Shown one piece after another: positions 1 through 13,235 of a stretch of DNA of 64,000 nucleotides. Origin of the DNA: Chiloscyllium plagiosum. Taxonomy: Eukaryota. The translations under genes and the position numbers were made by a program. The stretch covers positions 14,828,572 through 14,892,571 of the forward strand of contig NC_057726.1 in assembly GCF_004010195.1 (NCBI RefSeq), read 5' to 3'. Position 1 is the stretch's first letter. Each line of letters starts with the position of its first letter. The notes under the pieces are model-generated. The model had not been told where the DNA came from. It did no database searches and saw only the letters and a list, made by a program, of their open reading frames with translations.

Positions 1-420
1 TCAGCTAGTCCCACGTGTCACCCTTCTACCCCCGAGCCTTGCAATTATTTTTCCCACGCAGGTGCTTATCCAATTCTCTTTTGAAAGCTATGATTGAATC
101 TGCCTCCAGCATTGCATTCCAGATCGTAACCACTCACTGCATTAAAAAATGTTAGTCCCACTTCCCTGCTGTTTTCCTACAGCTCTGTAAATTATCTTGC
201 CTTCAAGTATTTATCCAGTCTTATTTTAAAGGCTGCTAAGGAATTTGCATCCATCACCCCACCAGGCAATGTACTCCAAATTCACACCCATGTATAAAAA
301 ACCTTGTCGTCATGTCACCTATGACTCACTTGCCAATCACTTTCAATCTCTAATCTCTGGTTATCAACCCTTCAGCATTTCCCCTTATTTAGTCTATTTA
401 AAACCTTTGCGATTTTAAAC
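1..420 (-). mobile_element. Degenerate CR1 LINE 3' fragments (two short pieces)
   Basis: Resembles the reverse-complement CR1 3' ends elsewhere in the window (e.g. 10050-10330): ctagtccca...tctgcctcca...cattccagat...accact. Heavily decayed. Confidence 0.4.
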
Positions 421-2504
421 ACTAGGCATGTAGAACAAAATGGGAGATTTCAGATGAAATGTCACTGGTTGTATATTTGTATTTTCATGTTAAATTGTAA
501 ACAAAATGCAATATGCAATAAAAGTGCATGCTGAATCCAGCAGTGTCCAACTTATAAGTGATTCATTGTCAACACCCTGAGTAGGAATGTTTACTTAGCT
601 CTGTGACTGATTCTATCTATATCGTAAGCATAAAATTTAATTTTAAAGCTTCTATTTTCTAAAACATCATAAATGTAATGGTATGAAATATATGTGCATG
701 AATCCCAGGATGTATATATGTAATCACATATGTGTCATCTGAAAAAACTTGTAGAAGCTTTCAAACATTCATTATAATAGCCTCCAGCATGTCATGAGAG
801 TGCGTTGCTCCTCTGCTAGTCACTCAAAGGGCTATATTCCAAAGCCAACAGCAATTGGAATATCATTTACACTTGAAACTATGACAATAATGCTTCTATG
901 TTAGCCTTGTAAACATTATTCGGAAATTAAAACTAAACAGTTTTAAAGAATGTGGAATCTGTGATGAATGATTTATGTGTGATTAGGTTTTATTAAAAAC
1001 TTTGGTCCCAAAGTTGGCTTCTCTAATCCACAAGTGCTAGTCTGGTGTGGTTTCACTCTGGTTAGTTTTGCAGATCCTGATTAATTCTTCTCCCCAGAAA
1101 AGAAAACCTTGGAGCAGGGTCATATGATATGTTGTTACTATTTGAACTGGATATGGGAATAAGAATTATATAGACTGCTCCAAAACAGTTATATTAGACT
1201 CGAATGTTACCTCTGTTTCTCTCTCCATAAATACTGCCAGACCTGCTACGTTGCTCCAGCACTTTCTGTTTTTATTTCTGATCTCCTCCATCTGCAGTAT
1301 TTAGCTTTTATAGCAATATAATTGGTTAAAATCTGGCATGGTTTTTGAATTATTCCAATGGTTGATCATTTGCTCATTTCCTATCTCTGAAGGAACTAAT
1401 TAGTGCCAATGAGTTTCAACAAGTATTAATATTTATTGAACCATTGACTGTGTTGTGGACACTTCTTTTGAAAGTAAAGCATCCACGTTTCCTTGGTTAC
1501 ACTTTTGATATTTTTGCAAAACACTTCTTTCCATTGGAACCATTCTCAGATGTTAAGTAATGTACATTAGAAAACGCTTGAGAAGAGCAGTAATTGCTGC
1601 CTTTTTGTATTTTTGCTGTGGGCTGTTGAACGTGTTCAATTATTTACAGTTGCATCAACTACCCCATTCTATACCAGTTATGGGAAAATTAGTTGATATT
1701 ACGTTAACTGCAAACAGTGAAAAATATTGTGTTCTATTTTAAATAACCACTGCTAAATAGTTTAGCATGGGTGTGGTTCTACCAAACGTGGCTTCCAAGC
1801 TAAGACATACAAGATGTCATTTATTTACCTCCAATCATTTTAGAAATAAATTAACTTCAGTGATTGTGCCCAATCTCCTTTGAAATTGTGGTTTAATTGA
1901 TTAGTTATACACACTCAACGCAAACGTCCATCAAGGCATGAATGAAGCTGTTTCCTCAGGACTCTGTTGTCATCTCTGATTAAGCAAATGCTTCTAGCCT
2001 GCCTTGTTACACTGAGGTATCCCAGTTTGTGGGCTGGATACACAGAAAATAACAATACAAGATGAGTTCCAAGATACTGACCCGAAGGAGTAAGGCTGTG
2101 GCAAATACAATTTTTCTACTCAAGTCATGTGTTGTAAGATGGTGCGATGTGAGTTGTGCAGGTCCATATACTCAGCATTGTAACCTTCCTTTGTGGCACA
2201 CACTCCAGTTGTTTAAAGGGCAGCAGATTCTATATTGAATAATAGATGGTTAATGGCAAACTGTTGCCCTAGGGAAAAAAAGTTGCAACAATAAAGAGGC
2301 AGCTCCTGATAGATGTAAAATAGTCCCCACTTTTCTACCCTTTCACAGAGCAAGACCATTCGAGGGAGAACAAATTAAAACACAAAAGAAATATTGATGT
2401 GGCAACAATATTAGCCAGTTCTTTTATGTAGTGCCTCTCAAGGAAAAGAACATTCAAAACATTGTTGTGGTTCTGTTCGCCGAGCTGGAATTTTTTGTTT
2501 TGTT

Positions 2505-2544
2505 GCAAACGTTTCGTCCCCTATCTAGGTGACATCCTCAGTGC
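2505..2544 (-). ncRNA. Minimal hammerhead ribozyme motif (Penelope pLTR)
   Basis: Reverse complement reads gca CTGAGGA tgtcacctagataggggac GAAA CG TT tgc. This gives the core CUGANGA/GAAA, stem II gtc.cct/agg.gac and stem I gca/tgc. Confidence 0.75.
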
Positions 2545-2907
2545 TTGGGAGCCTCCTGTGAAGCACTTCTGTCGTGTTTTCTCTGGCATTTATAGTGGCC
2601 TGAGCCTGCCGCTTCCGGTTGTCAGTTTCAGCTGTCCGCTGTAGTGGCCGGTATATTGGGTCCAGGTCGATGTGTTTGTTGATGGTGTTTGTGGATGAGT
2701 GCTATGCTTCTAGGAATTCCCTGGCTGTTCTTTGTTTGGCCTGCCCTATAATGGTGGTGTTGTCCCAGTCGAATTCATGTTGCTTGTCGTCTGCATGTAG
2801 CCGGCCACTACAGCGGACAGCTGAAACTGACAACCGGAAGCGGCAGGGACAGGCTACTATAAATGCCGGAGAAAACACCACAGAAGCGCTTCACAGGAGG
2901 CTCCCAA

Positions 2908-2947
2908 GCACTGAGGATGTCACCTAGACAGGGGACGAAACGTTTGC
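2908..2947 (+). ncRNA. Minimal hammerhead ribozyme motif (Penelope pLTR)
   Basis: gca CTGAGGA(2911-2917) tgtcacctagacaggggac GAAA(2937-2940) CG TT tgc. Stem III is the palindromic ACGT and the predicted cleavage triplet is GUU. Confidence 0.78.
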
Positions 2948-5633
2948 AACAAAAAAAAAATTTCCAGCTCGGTGAACAGAACCACAACAACGAGCACCCG
3001 AGCTACAAATCTTCACCCAAACTTTGAACATTCAAAACAATTTCTCGGGAGCAGTTAGATAGATGCTGAACAGTAGATTGAACATTTTAATGTTAGGTTC
3101 TTAACAGGTTTCAGTAGATGGAGAGAGATATCAAAATGAGTGAAGTGGTTCAGGAAAAGGACAGAAAGATCAGGCAAAATCTCTGGAGGATCACGCAGAT
3201 AGTGGCGAGGAAGGTATTGTGGAGTACACAGTAATCAATAGGCAGGTGAACGAAAGAATGCAGGCAAGGGAAGATTTCCTGGAAGGAAGTCATGAAGGAA
3301 TTTGACAATGAGGAGAAAGATGGTGAAGTAGATGATCTGGGGCAGGAGGATTCAACGTAGATTGTGAGGATAAGCCTGGGCACTTGTACTCTTCATCGAA
3401 GGCAATAAATAGGTTTCTAAACAAATTGTAATTACTGAAGGAGGAGAAGTTGATGAAGAAGACAGTTTTTAAAAAATCAGTCTTCAATACATTAAAATGT
3501 GGGTGAAGCTTTTATGAATTAAGGGTGAAGGGCTTTTATGAATAAACAGCAATCAATTTGAGATGGAAGAAAGCAATATTGACAACAAACTAGATACATT
3601 TGTTTGATTTCTTTACCACATTGGTATCCCTCTCTTCAGCTGTGTGGGTTCCTTTCTACCTGTCTATATCTATCTCCTTCTAAAAGAAGCATTCTAAAAA
3701 CCTCCCTCTCCGAAAAGTCTTCAATCACCTGTCCTAATATCTCCTTGACCTTAGTGCTATCAGACTTTTGACCATAGGAACTCCAAAGCAGATGTTACTG
3801 GGGCCAAATTAGGACGGCCAAAAACTTTTATGAATCCACCTTTGCTGTTGCTAGGATGAGATGTGTAAACGGTTTGCAAACAGTTCCCCTTGACTGAGTT
3901 AAATAGTTAAATATGGTACAGGAAGTGGTCACAAATACTGTGTTTGTGTTTCTGCGCACAGGATTCAGGCAAACAGAGGAGGTGTGACGAGACTCACAGC
4001 AGGAGAAATGTTGCTTATCACACTCCGAACTGACGTATGGCACAAAATGCTGTGTATAAAGATAGTCACCAGTTATAGGAATGCACATTGGATTGGTCTG
4101 TCCTGTTGTTAGGATTGCTCTGGGTTCAGGAACGGGACTTAATTTAGGTTCAATTAATTCTCTAAAATCATAAATTAGTTTTAGGTTTAATTTCCTATTT
4201 GCTCAAATGTGAAGCAACAGATGAAGTTTCTCTTTTATTGCTGGGTGTTAAATCAGCAGTGGTACACTGGGGACCCATTTTACGCACAGCTCAAAGTTCT
4301 ACCTGAGAAATGAAAATGGAGAGGGATGCAGAGCATATGGCTGGTGACCAATACCCTTTCTCTGTTAAAAGTGAAAATCATCACAATATTATCTCCATGT
4401 GGTGTGGCCTCAAAGTTTATCTGATAATGGTCCTCTAAAGTGCCTTGGAAGAATTTACCACATTAGTGGATGCTAGATAAATGCAAGCTTTTATTGTTCC
4501 ATTCCATTGTAGTGTAACAGGCTCTGTAGAGTACTGGAAGTATTTAAATAGGCTGGTCATGGTTTGGATCCTCACAGTTAAGTATTTAGTATTAAAACTA
4601 CAACTTGGAACTGCATAGCATCTTTAAATAATGAAACATCCCTCGGTTTTCCAGCAGCATTATGAAATGAAATATGGCTCCAAGCTTCATAAAGAGATAT
4701 TAGGACAATGACCATCAGTTTGATCAAAGCAGTCAGATTTAAGGAGTTTCCAAAAGGAGCGAGAGAGGTAGAGATGTTTAAAGAGGAAATTCCAGAGCTA
4801 AGAGCCAAGGCAGTAGAAGGCACAGCCAACAATGATGGAGCCATGAAAATCAGAGATGCTAAAGTGGCTAGAATTGGACAAAGGCAGATAAATTTGAGGA
4901 TTGTAAGGTTGGAGGAGGTTCCAGAGTTAGTCTGAGAGGGATCAGGAAGGGATCTGACAAGAAGGATGAGAAGCTGTGGCTCTGTAGGTAGCAATTGCAC
5001 CCTGAGTCAGATATTTGCAGGTTCAAGTCTCACTCCAGAGACGGGTTTAAAATTACCGACTAACTGTCCAGTGCAGAACTAATGAATGGGGCTCTGAGAC
5101 AATCTGCAGTAACCATGTCCTCAGCAATTGTAGCTCAGTCTTTGGATTGTGTGATCCCACAGACTCTTGCCTGCTGCTTGTCTCTTCATGGATTCTACAA
5201 TCTCTTAGGCACTTGCACTCTGAGGAACTGCATGGGCTTCCTTGGCTGATAACTCTGAGTGCCTAGCATCCCTTTTTTGTCCTTTTCCTACAGCATCCAG
5301 ATCCTTTCACTCTCATCACTATTCTAACATAATATTTACACTTAGATATAGATGTTACTGAATACAACTCTCTAAAACAGTCTTTCTCTCCTGCTCCATT
5401 ACATGTTCCTCTTTACTAACATCTGCATTTGCATCATTGTCATTGTCATATCCCATTGTACCAGAAGTGGTACACCATAGGAAGTGCCGCCTACAGGTGA
5501 GAGATTAAATCAAAGTCCTAACTACTCTCCCCAGTGGACATCTACAATTAATAGAGTTCTACTTCAAAATAGAGTTGAGGAGTTCTCCTGTTCTGGTCAA
5601 TACTTGGCATCATTCAATAACACTTGTCATAGT

Positions 5634-5845
5634 CACTACCATTGTATTCTAACAGATGAAAGGCTTAACAGACAATCAATTTTTCAATGTATAATTTCAG
5701 TTACATCACACTGCAAATTTTTGCTATAAATTCTATGTTACGATCGAGTCCTCCACTGCCACCTGATGAAGGAGCCTCGCTCCGAAAGCTAGCGTGCTTC
5801 CAATTAAACCTGTTGGACTATAACCTGGTGTTGTGTGATTTTTAA
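5634..5845 (+). mobile_element. Penelope-like (Neptune-type) terminal fragment with hammerhead motif
   Basis: 12-bp TSD acttgtcatagt at 5622-5633 and 5846-5857. Contains CTGATGA a ggagc ctc gctcc GAAA GC TA at 5763-5791. Confidence 0.75.
5759..5796 (+). ncRNA. Minimal hammerhead ribozyme motif
   Basis: Intact core CTGATGA (5763-5769), perfect 5-bp stem II ggagc/gctcc, GAAA (5784-5787), palindromic AGCT stem III and CUA triplet. Confidence 0.78.
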
Positions 5846-5857
5846 ACTTGTCATAGT

Positions 5858-6057
5858 GTGGAGGTGCAGGTGTTAGACTGGAGTGGAAAAAGTCAAAAAT
5901 CACATGACACCAGTTTATAGTCCAACAGATTTATTTGAAACTGTAAGTTTTCAGAGCCCCCACTCCTAGCTGTGTGAAGAAGGAGCAGGGAGTTCCAAAA
6001 GCTTGCGGTTTCAAACAAACCTGTTGGGCTATAACCTGGTGTGGTTTGATTTTTGAC
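5858..6057 (-). mobile_element. Palindromic non-autonomous Penelope-derived mini-element (older copy)
   Basis: Inverted arms at about 5894-5966 and 5975-6056 around a tagct axis, plus a tail of about 36 nt. Same architecture as 62545-62752 in the opposite orientation. Diverged TSD ttgtcatagtg / ttgttatattg. Confidence 0.65.
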
Positions 6058-6944
6058 TTGTTATATTGCTATCTATGTGAACATTTCCTACAGCACATAA
6101 TGACTACACTTTGAAAGTGTACAATTGATTGTAAAGCTCTTTAGACAACCTGAATCACGGAATGAACAAATCCATCTTTATCTAATTTAGAAATGGAGGC
6201 ATTGCTTGACCAGGAACTGAAAGTGAGCACAGAATGAACATTCCATTATAATCAATGATTGGTGATCAGCAATTGATTATATTCATCGGGCTTACCACTT
6301 GGCAGTGAAACCTCCTGCCTGGATAGGTGTTAAATTATTTAAGTTGGAAAGCAGGTACTCATGATATACATAGGAGCCCAATTGCTACTTTACTATAGAG
6401 GTACCGCATTAACAATGAAATGGAAGAGGTCCTTGAACATTACCCGATCTTTACTACTGAACCATTTGAGGGCATATCTTCCCCTGCCTAGGTTTAAAGC
6501 ACTGAAAGTTCTTGGTTTAACTTCTCTGGGTCTCCATCTCTTTCTCTTCCTTTAAGTCATTCCTTAAAAGATATTGCTTTCAGCAAGTGATTGTTAAGTT
6601 GTCCAACATCTCCTCCAATGAAAATGGAAAGTTCTAGAAATACTCAGCAGGTCAGACAGCTGTTGTGGAGGAGGACACTAAATTAGAGTTGCCTTTTTTA
6701 TGAGGAGTGGAACAATTTTGTGATATAACAAGTCTGAATGCACATGGAATCAAGGAAAGGGAAGGGGGACAGGGAAAGAAAGGACAGAATGACAAGGTCT
6801 TGCAATATGGTGGAAGACTGGTGATGCTCAATCCTGAAAGCAGGGTGTGATTCTGGAACAAAAGAAGGAGAAATCTGAGCATGGAGGAGCTGTTAATGAC
6901 AATGGCCAAACTGTTTTGACAGCTACCGTTCGAATAAAGTTGGA

Positions 6945-7437
6945 CAATGGCTAAGACCAACCCCACTGCCCTGTGGCTAAACATTTTAACTTCCCCTCCC
7001 ACTCCACTAAAGGCATGCAGATCCTAGGCCTCCTCCAATGCCAATGCCTGGAGAAAGAACGCTTCATCTTCTGCCTTGGGACCCTCCAACCACACGGAAT
7101 CAATGTGGATTTCCCCATTTCCACATTTCCTCTCCTCCCACCTTATCCCAGTCCCAACCTTCCAACTCGGCACCGCCCTTTTTAATGGTCCTACCTGTCC
7201 ATCTTCCTTCCCACCTATCTGCTCCACCCTCCTCTCCAACCTATCACTATCACCCTCATCATTATCTACCTATTGCATTCCCAGCTGCCTTCCCCCCAGC
7301 TCCACCCCCTCCTGTTTATCTCTCAGCCCCCTTGGCCCACAAGCCTCGTTCCTGATGAAGGGCTTTTGCCTGAAACATTGACTCTCCTGCTCCTCGGATG
7401 CTGCTGACCAGCTGTGCTTTTCTAGCACCACACTCTT
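6945..7437 (+). mobile_element. Penelope-like (Neptune-type) 3' fragment: GIY-YIG C-terminus, pyrimidine-rich 3' region and hammerhead-bearing terminus
   Basis: Translates PVAKHFNFPSHS..MQILGLLQC..LEKERFIFCLGTLQPHGINVDF. CTGATGA agggcttttgcct GAAA at 7352-7375. Confidence 0.75.
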
Positions 7438-9464
7438 CAATTAAGATCCGAGATTGGTGAACTCAATATTAAGACAGAAGGCATGTTGACATGCCATTCC
7501 TTGAGCTACCTTGTTTTGAGGAGAAGGATATAGAGATCAGAGTGTGAGTGGGACCAAGAATTAAAACAATGAAAGATTTGAAGCTCTAGGGTCATGTTTG
7601 AAGACTAAAAGGCATCCTTCAAAACAAACATTGCATTGAATCTGCTCAATATGTAAGATACTGCAGCTTGAGAAGGCAATACTGTATACTACCATTCCCA
7701 GAAAGGATGTCATAATTCTAGCTTTCAAGATGCAGACTTCAGTCAACATCGACTTTTTAAAATGAACTTTCGAAAGCATGGCTGCTGACAGTCCGCAAAC
7801 CTTTTTTATGATTTTCAGTCAGATTAACTCATGTCAGGACATGCTTATGAGAATTTCTTAAAGTGTAAATGATGGTGGGTGGAAATGCCCTCTCTTGCAT
7901 AGACATTTGCAAAGCAAGACTACTTATGAATTTACACTTCCTGCAGGCTGTGTACTTACCCAAAACTCAAGTCCAGACTACATGTCTCCGTATGTGATAC
8001 TTAACAAAACAGCCATTTAATCATGAGTAGACATGAACAACCCACCCTTCTGCCCATTATGTAACAAAGGCTTCAGCTTTGAATTTCCACCCCATTTTGA
8101 GTGAACAATGGAAGCATTTTCTCTGGGTATGAAATCTGTCATCAGTGAACAAATCTTAGATTCAAAGCATCAGGGAGAAACCAGTCAGTCTGAAAAACAC
8201 CAGGTCTAATTCTGAGGCCACTTCAAGAATTCAAGATGGCTCCAGAGTGTGGTGACATTTTGTGAGCTGTTTATAGCAAATTTTATTCTTTAATTTCTTA
8301 TCATTGTTCTGCTCTTCTAAACTTCAATTCTAAGTCTATCAGAATTCTCTTAAATGTTCTCTTAAATCTACTTTCAGATTTAAAGTTTCTACAACTGAAT
8401 AGGTTCGACTTCCAATGCTGAACCCATCATGGAGGAGACCCAATGGAACCAGCCACAAGACACCTCAGAATGCTCAGGGCTGCAACAGGTGCCCAGGACC
8501 TCATTGGAAGCACACAGGTACCTCCCAGAGCAGCAGACTTCCCTCACTGACACCTCTCACGGGGAGAGTGTGGGTAAGTGACGTTAAAATGCCCATCAGC
8601 CATGATTGAATGGCGGAGTAGACTTGATGGGCTGAATGGCCTTACTTCCACTCTATTCCTTATAGTCTTACGGTCTTATGGAATTGACCAGGAGCAGCCA
8701 CCTAACCAGGAAACATGGGAGACATACTGGACTTCAGGTGAGACCGAAACTTCAGGGTTATAAGTCCCAACCACACCCCCCCACCCCCCCACCATCCCAC
8801 CCCTGGCCCCAGCATTCTCCTAGTAAACATCCAAGCCATTCAGAACAAAATGGATGAACTTAAAGTAAGACTCACCTTCCAAAGGGAATTGGAAGACTGC
8901 TGAGTGCTCTGTTTTACAGAGACTTGGCTCACTCCTGCTATACCTGACTGTTCCTCACAACCTAAGGGTTTCTCAGTTCACTGAATGGATGGCTCAACAT
9001 ACTCAGGAAAGACAACGATCAGCGGGGTTTGCTTCCTGATCACACATGATGACTCTGCCTAGTCACTGCTCTCCAGACCTAGACTATCATAAAGTGCTGT
9101 CCCTACTATCTGCCATGTGAGTTCACCTTCACTATCCCTTACTTTGTTCATTCATTTGTGGGATGTGGACATCAGTGGCTAGGCCAGCGTTTATTGCCTG
9201 TTCCGAGTTGCCCTTGAGAAGGTGATGGTGAGCTGCCTTCTTGAATCACTGAAGTCCACCTGATGAGGGTTAATCCACAATACCCTTCAGCAGGGAGTTC
9301 CAGAATTTTGCCCCAAATCCTGACAGCGGTCTACATCCCACACCACGCAGAAGTAAAAAGTGTATGAAGTATGCAACATTCCGAGCAATCTTCAGACAGA
9401 ATACCCCGGGGCTTTGCTCATCATAGCCAGTGACTCCAGCTAGGCTAACCTTAAGGACAGGGTG

Positions 9465-9593
9465 AAAGTGAGGATTGCAAATGCTGGAGATCAGAGTCAG
9501 GATTAAAGTGGTGCTGGAAAAGCACAGCAGGTCAGGCAACATCCGAGGAGCAGGAAAATCGCCATTTCGGGCAGGAGTCCTTCATCAGGAATG
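9465..9593 (-). mobile_element. Penelope-like terminal fragment with decayed hammerhead motif
   Basis: Reverse complement attcCTGATGAaggactcctgcccGAAAtggcg, followed by the same 3' terminus as 7380-7437. Confidence 0.65.
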
Positions 9594-9974
9594 CCAAAGA
9601 CATGCTAACAAAATACCATCAACATGTCTTTTGTCCCACCAGAGATCCAAACATCCTTCACCATTGAACACAACCATCAAAGACACTTACCACTCCATCC
9701 CCCATCTTCATATTGGAAAATCAGATCACACCGCTGTGCTCGTACGCCTGACTGACAAGCAGAAATTGAAACATGAGGAACCGGTATAAAAAGTAGTGCA
9801 GTGTTGGTCTGAGGCAGTTTAAGGGCTTCTATGGGACTGCTCAGAGTGGGTGGACAGGTCCATACTCAAGAACTCAGTGGCCAACCTAAACAAGTATGTC
9901 CCCTACTGTTATAGACTTCATTCGGAAGCGTGTAGAAGACTGCGAGCCAAAGAAGTTAATCCAAATTTTCCACA

Positions 9975-11712
9975 TAGAGTCATAGAGTCATAGAGATGTA
10001 CAGCACGGAAACAGACCCTTCGGTCCAACCCGTCCATGCCGACAAGATATCACAACCCATTCTAGTCCCATCTGCCAGCACCTGGTCCATATCCCTCCAA
10101 ACCCTTCCTATTCATATACCCATCCAAATGCCTCTTAAATGTTGCAGTTGTACCAGCCTCCACCACTTCCTCTGACAGCTTATTCCATTCACGTACCACC
10201 CTCTGCGTGAAAAGGTTGCCCCTTATGTCTCTTTTATATCTTTCCTCTTTCACCCTAAACCTATGCCCTCTAGTTCTGGACTACCTGACCCCAGGAAAAA
10301 GACTTTGACTATTTACCCTATCCATACCTCTCATAGTATTGTAAGCCTCTATAAGGTCACCCCTCAGCCTCCGATGCACCAGGTAAAACAGTCCTAGCCT
10401 GTTCAGCCTCTCCCTATAGCTCAAATCCTCCTACCCCTGCAACATGCTTGTAAATCTTTTCTGAACCCTTTCAAGTTTCACAACATTTTTCCGATAGGAA
10501 GAAGACCAGAATTGCACACAATATTCAAACAGTAGCCTAACCAATGTCCTGTACAGCCGTAACATGACCTCCCAACTCCTGTACTCAATACTCTGACCAA
10601 GAAAGGAAAGCATACCAAACACCTTCTTCACTATCCTATCTGCCTGCAACTCCACTTTCAAGGAGCTATGAACCTGCACTCCAAGNNNNNNNNNNNNNNN
10701 NNNNNNNNNNNNNNNNNNNNNNNNNNNNNNNNNNNNNNNNNNNNNNNNNNNNNNNNNNNNNNNNNNNNNNNNNNNNNNNNNNNNNNNNNNNNNNNNNNNN
10801 NNNNNNNNNNNNNNNNNNNNNNNNNNNNNNNNNNNNNNNNNNNNNNNNNNNNNNNNNNNNNNNNNNNNNNNNNNNNNNNNNNNNNNNNNNNNNNNNNNNN
10901 NNNNNNNNNNNNNNNNNNNNNNNNNNNNNNNNNNNNNNNNNNNNNNNNNNNNNNNNNNNNNNNNNNNNNNNNNNNNNNNNNNNNNNNNNNNNNNNNNNNN
11001 NNNNNNNNNNNNNNNNNNNNNNNNNNNNNNNNNNNNNNNNNNNNNNNNNNNNNNNNNNNNNNNNNNNNNNNNNNNNNNNNNNNNNNNNNNNNNNNNNNNN
11101 NNNNNNNNNNNNGCACCTCACCTGTGACTATCGATGATACAAATACCTCAGCAAGAGGCCAAGCAATCACTTCTCTAGCTTCCCACAGAGTTCTAGGGTA
11201 CACCTGATCAGGTCCTGGGGATTTATCCACCTTTACCTGTTTCAAGACATCCAGCACTTCCTCCTCTGTAATCTGGACATTTTGCAAGATGTCACCACCT
11301 ATTTCCCTACAGTCTATATCTTCCATATCCTTTTCCAAAGTAATTACCGATGCAAAATAATCATTTAGTATCTCCCCCATTTTCTGCAGCTCCATACAAA
11401 GGCCACCTTGCTGATCTTTCTCTCCCTAGTTACCCTTTTGTCCTTAATGTATTTGTGAAAACCCTTTGGATTCTCCTTAATTCTATTTGCCAAAGCTATC
11501 TCATGTCCTCTTTTTGCCCGCCTGATTTCCTTCTTAAGTATACTCCTACTTCCTTTATACTCTTCTAAGGATTCACTCGATCTATCCTGTCTATACCTTA
11601 CACTTGCTTCCTTCTTTTTCTTAACCAAAACCTCAATTTCTTTAGTCATCCAGCATTCCCTATACCTACCAGCCTTTCCTTTCACCCTGAAAGGAATATA
11701 CTTTTTCTGGAT
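9975..11712 (-). mobile_element. CR1 LINE (5'-truncated, spans an assembly gap)
   Basis: Minus-strand ORF pieces DKSPGPDQVYPRTLWEARE, LYRTLVR..EYCVQFWS, FTQRVV..WN. (CTATGACT)n tail at 9975-9995. Confidence 0.9.
10686..11112. other. Assembly gap (427 N)
   Basis: Run of N inside a CR1 copy. Confidence 0.99.
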
Positions 11713-12983
11713 TGGATGAACTGGTAGATCCACTCCCTACTGAAGTCCAGGTCTGAGGCTTTCAAATTTACAAATTTGCTGATGATACCACTGTTGCAGG
11801 TCAGACTTCAAACAATACCGAGACAGAGTACAGGAAAGAGATTGAGTGCATGGTAGCATGCTATAAAGACAATAATTGCTCCGTCAATGTCAACAAAACA
11901 AAGGAGCTGGCCACTGACTTCAGAAAGCGGAGTGGAGGGCACATGTCTGTCCGTATTAATGATGCTGAGGTGGAGATGGTCAAGAACTTCAAGTTCCTGA
12001 GAATGCCAAACACCAACAATCTGTCCTGGTTCATCAACACAACGGTCAAAATTGCACAACAATGTCTCTACTTCCTCAGGAAGCTAAGGAAATTCAGCAT
12101 GTCCACAGGGATTCTTACCATTTTTTTGATGCACCATTGAAAGCATCCTCTCTGGATGAGTCACAACGTGGTATAGTAACTGCTCTTCCCAAGACGGTAA
12201 GAAATTACAGAGTGAACACAGTCCAGTCCATCACACATACTAGCTGCAGCCCCAGGAAAGCAACCAACGTCATGAAAGACTTCCCGCACCTCAGTTATAC
12301 TCTCTACCATCTTTTTCCGACAGGTAGAAGACATCAAAGTTTGAATATATGTGCGAACAGGTTCAAGAACAGCTTCTTCCCCGCTGTTATCAGACTTTTG
12401 AATGGATCTCTCAAATGTTAATTCTGATCTCTTTCTCTGCAGCTGTAACACTGTATTCTACACTCTTTTTCTACCTTAATGCACTTTGTATGGTACGATC
12501 TGCCTGCATAACACGCAAAACAACACTTTTCACTTAATCTCAATACATGTGGCAACAATAAATCAATCAATCAATCAGTTTCTACAGCCAGGAGAGCAGA
12601 ATCCAGCCTAACAATCACTAACACCAATTTTGATATGTGTTCATCTTTTAGCTTCATGTTTTGCCCTCTAAAATCTGTCTTTACAGAAATCTGTTTGAGT
12701 GCATGAAGGAATGAATGCTTTTCATTGTGTTTGTGGTTGTGTGTGAGTGCATGCCATCTTTTTTTCTGGTTTAAAATTGCCCAAAAGCCTGCTGCGTACC
12801 TGTTCCTAAAAGTCACAATGTTCAAGGGTTAAAATACTCTCTCCTAATGCAGACTTTATTCCAGAAAACCCAATACCATCACTATAATAAGGACAAGTGG
12901 ACATGTTTCACCTGGACGGTGTGTCTGGGACCCTGCACAGTGAGAGAGAGAAGATAAAGGTGGATGTTCCATCTCCTGGGTTT

Positions 12984-13235
12984 GCAGAATTGGATACGAT
13001 GGAAAGGGGAGAGTTTTGGAGGCGATTGAAGAGTGGTTACCTTTCCCTTGGAAATAGTGAAGTGGAGTGAACTTTCCCTTGGGAAATATGTGAATTTTGT
13101 TCATCGCTCTTACACAAGGCATTTTTGCCAGCAGAATTGGATACGATGGAAAGGGGAGAGTTTTGGAGGCGATTGAAGAGTGGTTACCTTTCCCTTGGAA
13201 ATAGTGAAGTGGAGTGAACTTTCCCTTGGGAAATA
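12984..13235 (+). repeat. 105-bp direct duplication (12984-13088, 13131-13235) flanking a 46-bp ERV LTR fragment (13085-13130)
   Basis: The two copies look identical by eye. The spacer matches LTR 15648-15693 / 19493-19538 with one C/T difference. Confidence 0.9.

Larger units (their letters stand above)
2462..3025. mobile_element. Truncated Penelope-like element with inverted pseudo-LTRs
   Basis: 2462-2650 is an inverted copy of about 2801-2990. The middle is the reverse complement of a GIY-YIG C-terminal segment (HEFDWDNTTIIGQAKQRTAREFLEA-like). A 14-bp TSD gaacattcaaaaca lies at 2448-2461 and 3026-3039. Confidence 0.85.
4975..6185 (+). mobile_element. Fragmented tRNA-derived Deu-domain SINE (SacSINE1/AmnSINE-like), interrupted by later insertions
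   Basis: tRNA-like head ggtagc...ctgagtcaga...ggttcaagtctcactccagagac at about 4985-5042. Deu-like 3' part tgactacactttgaaagtgtacaattgattgtaaagctcttt at about 6100-6142. Confidence 0.45.
8780..12577 (+). mobile_element. Rex1/Babar-type LINE remnant (APE start, RT end), internally deleted and interrupted by several insertions
   Basis: PSILLVNIQAIQNKMDELKVRL..VLCFTETWL at 8807-8930. KFADDT and LNVNKTKEL-like RT C-terminus at 11770-12120, RFKNSFFPAVIRLLN at 12358-12403, and an (ATCA)n tail at 12556-12577. Confidence 0.75.

Noticed and set aside
4578-5000. 140-aa minus-strand ORF
   Set aside because: Lies in purine-rich decayed LINE-like sequence, with no splice structure or recognisable host protein.
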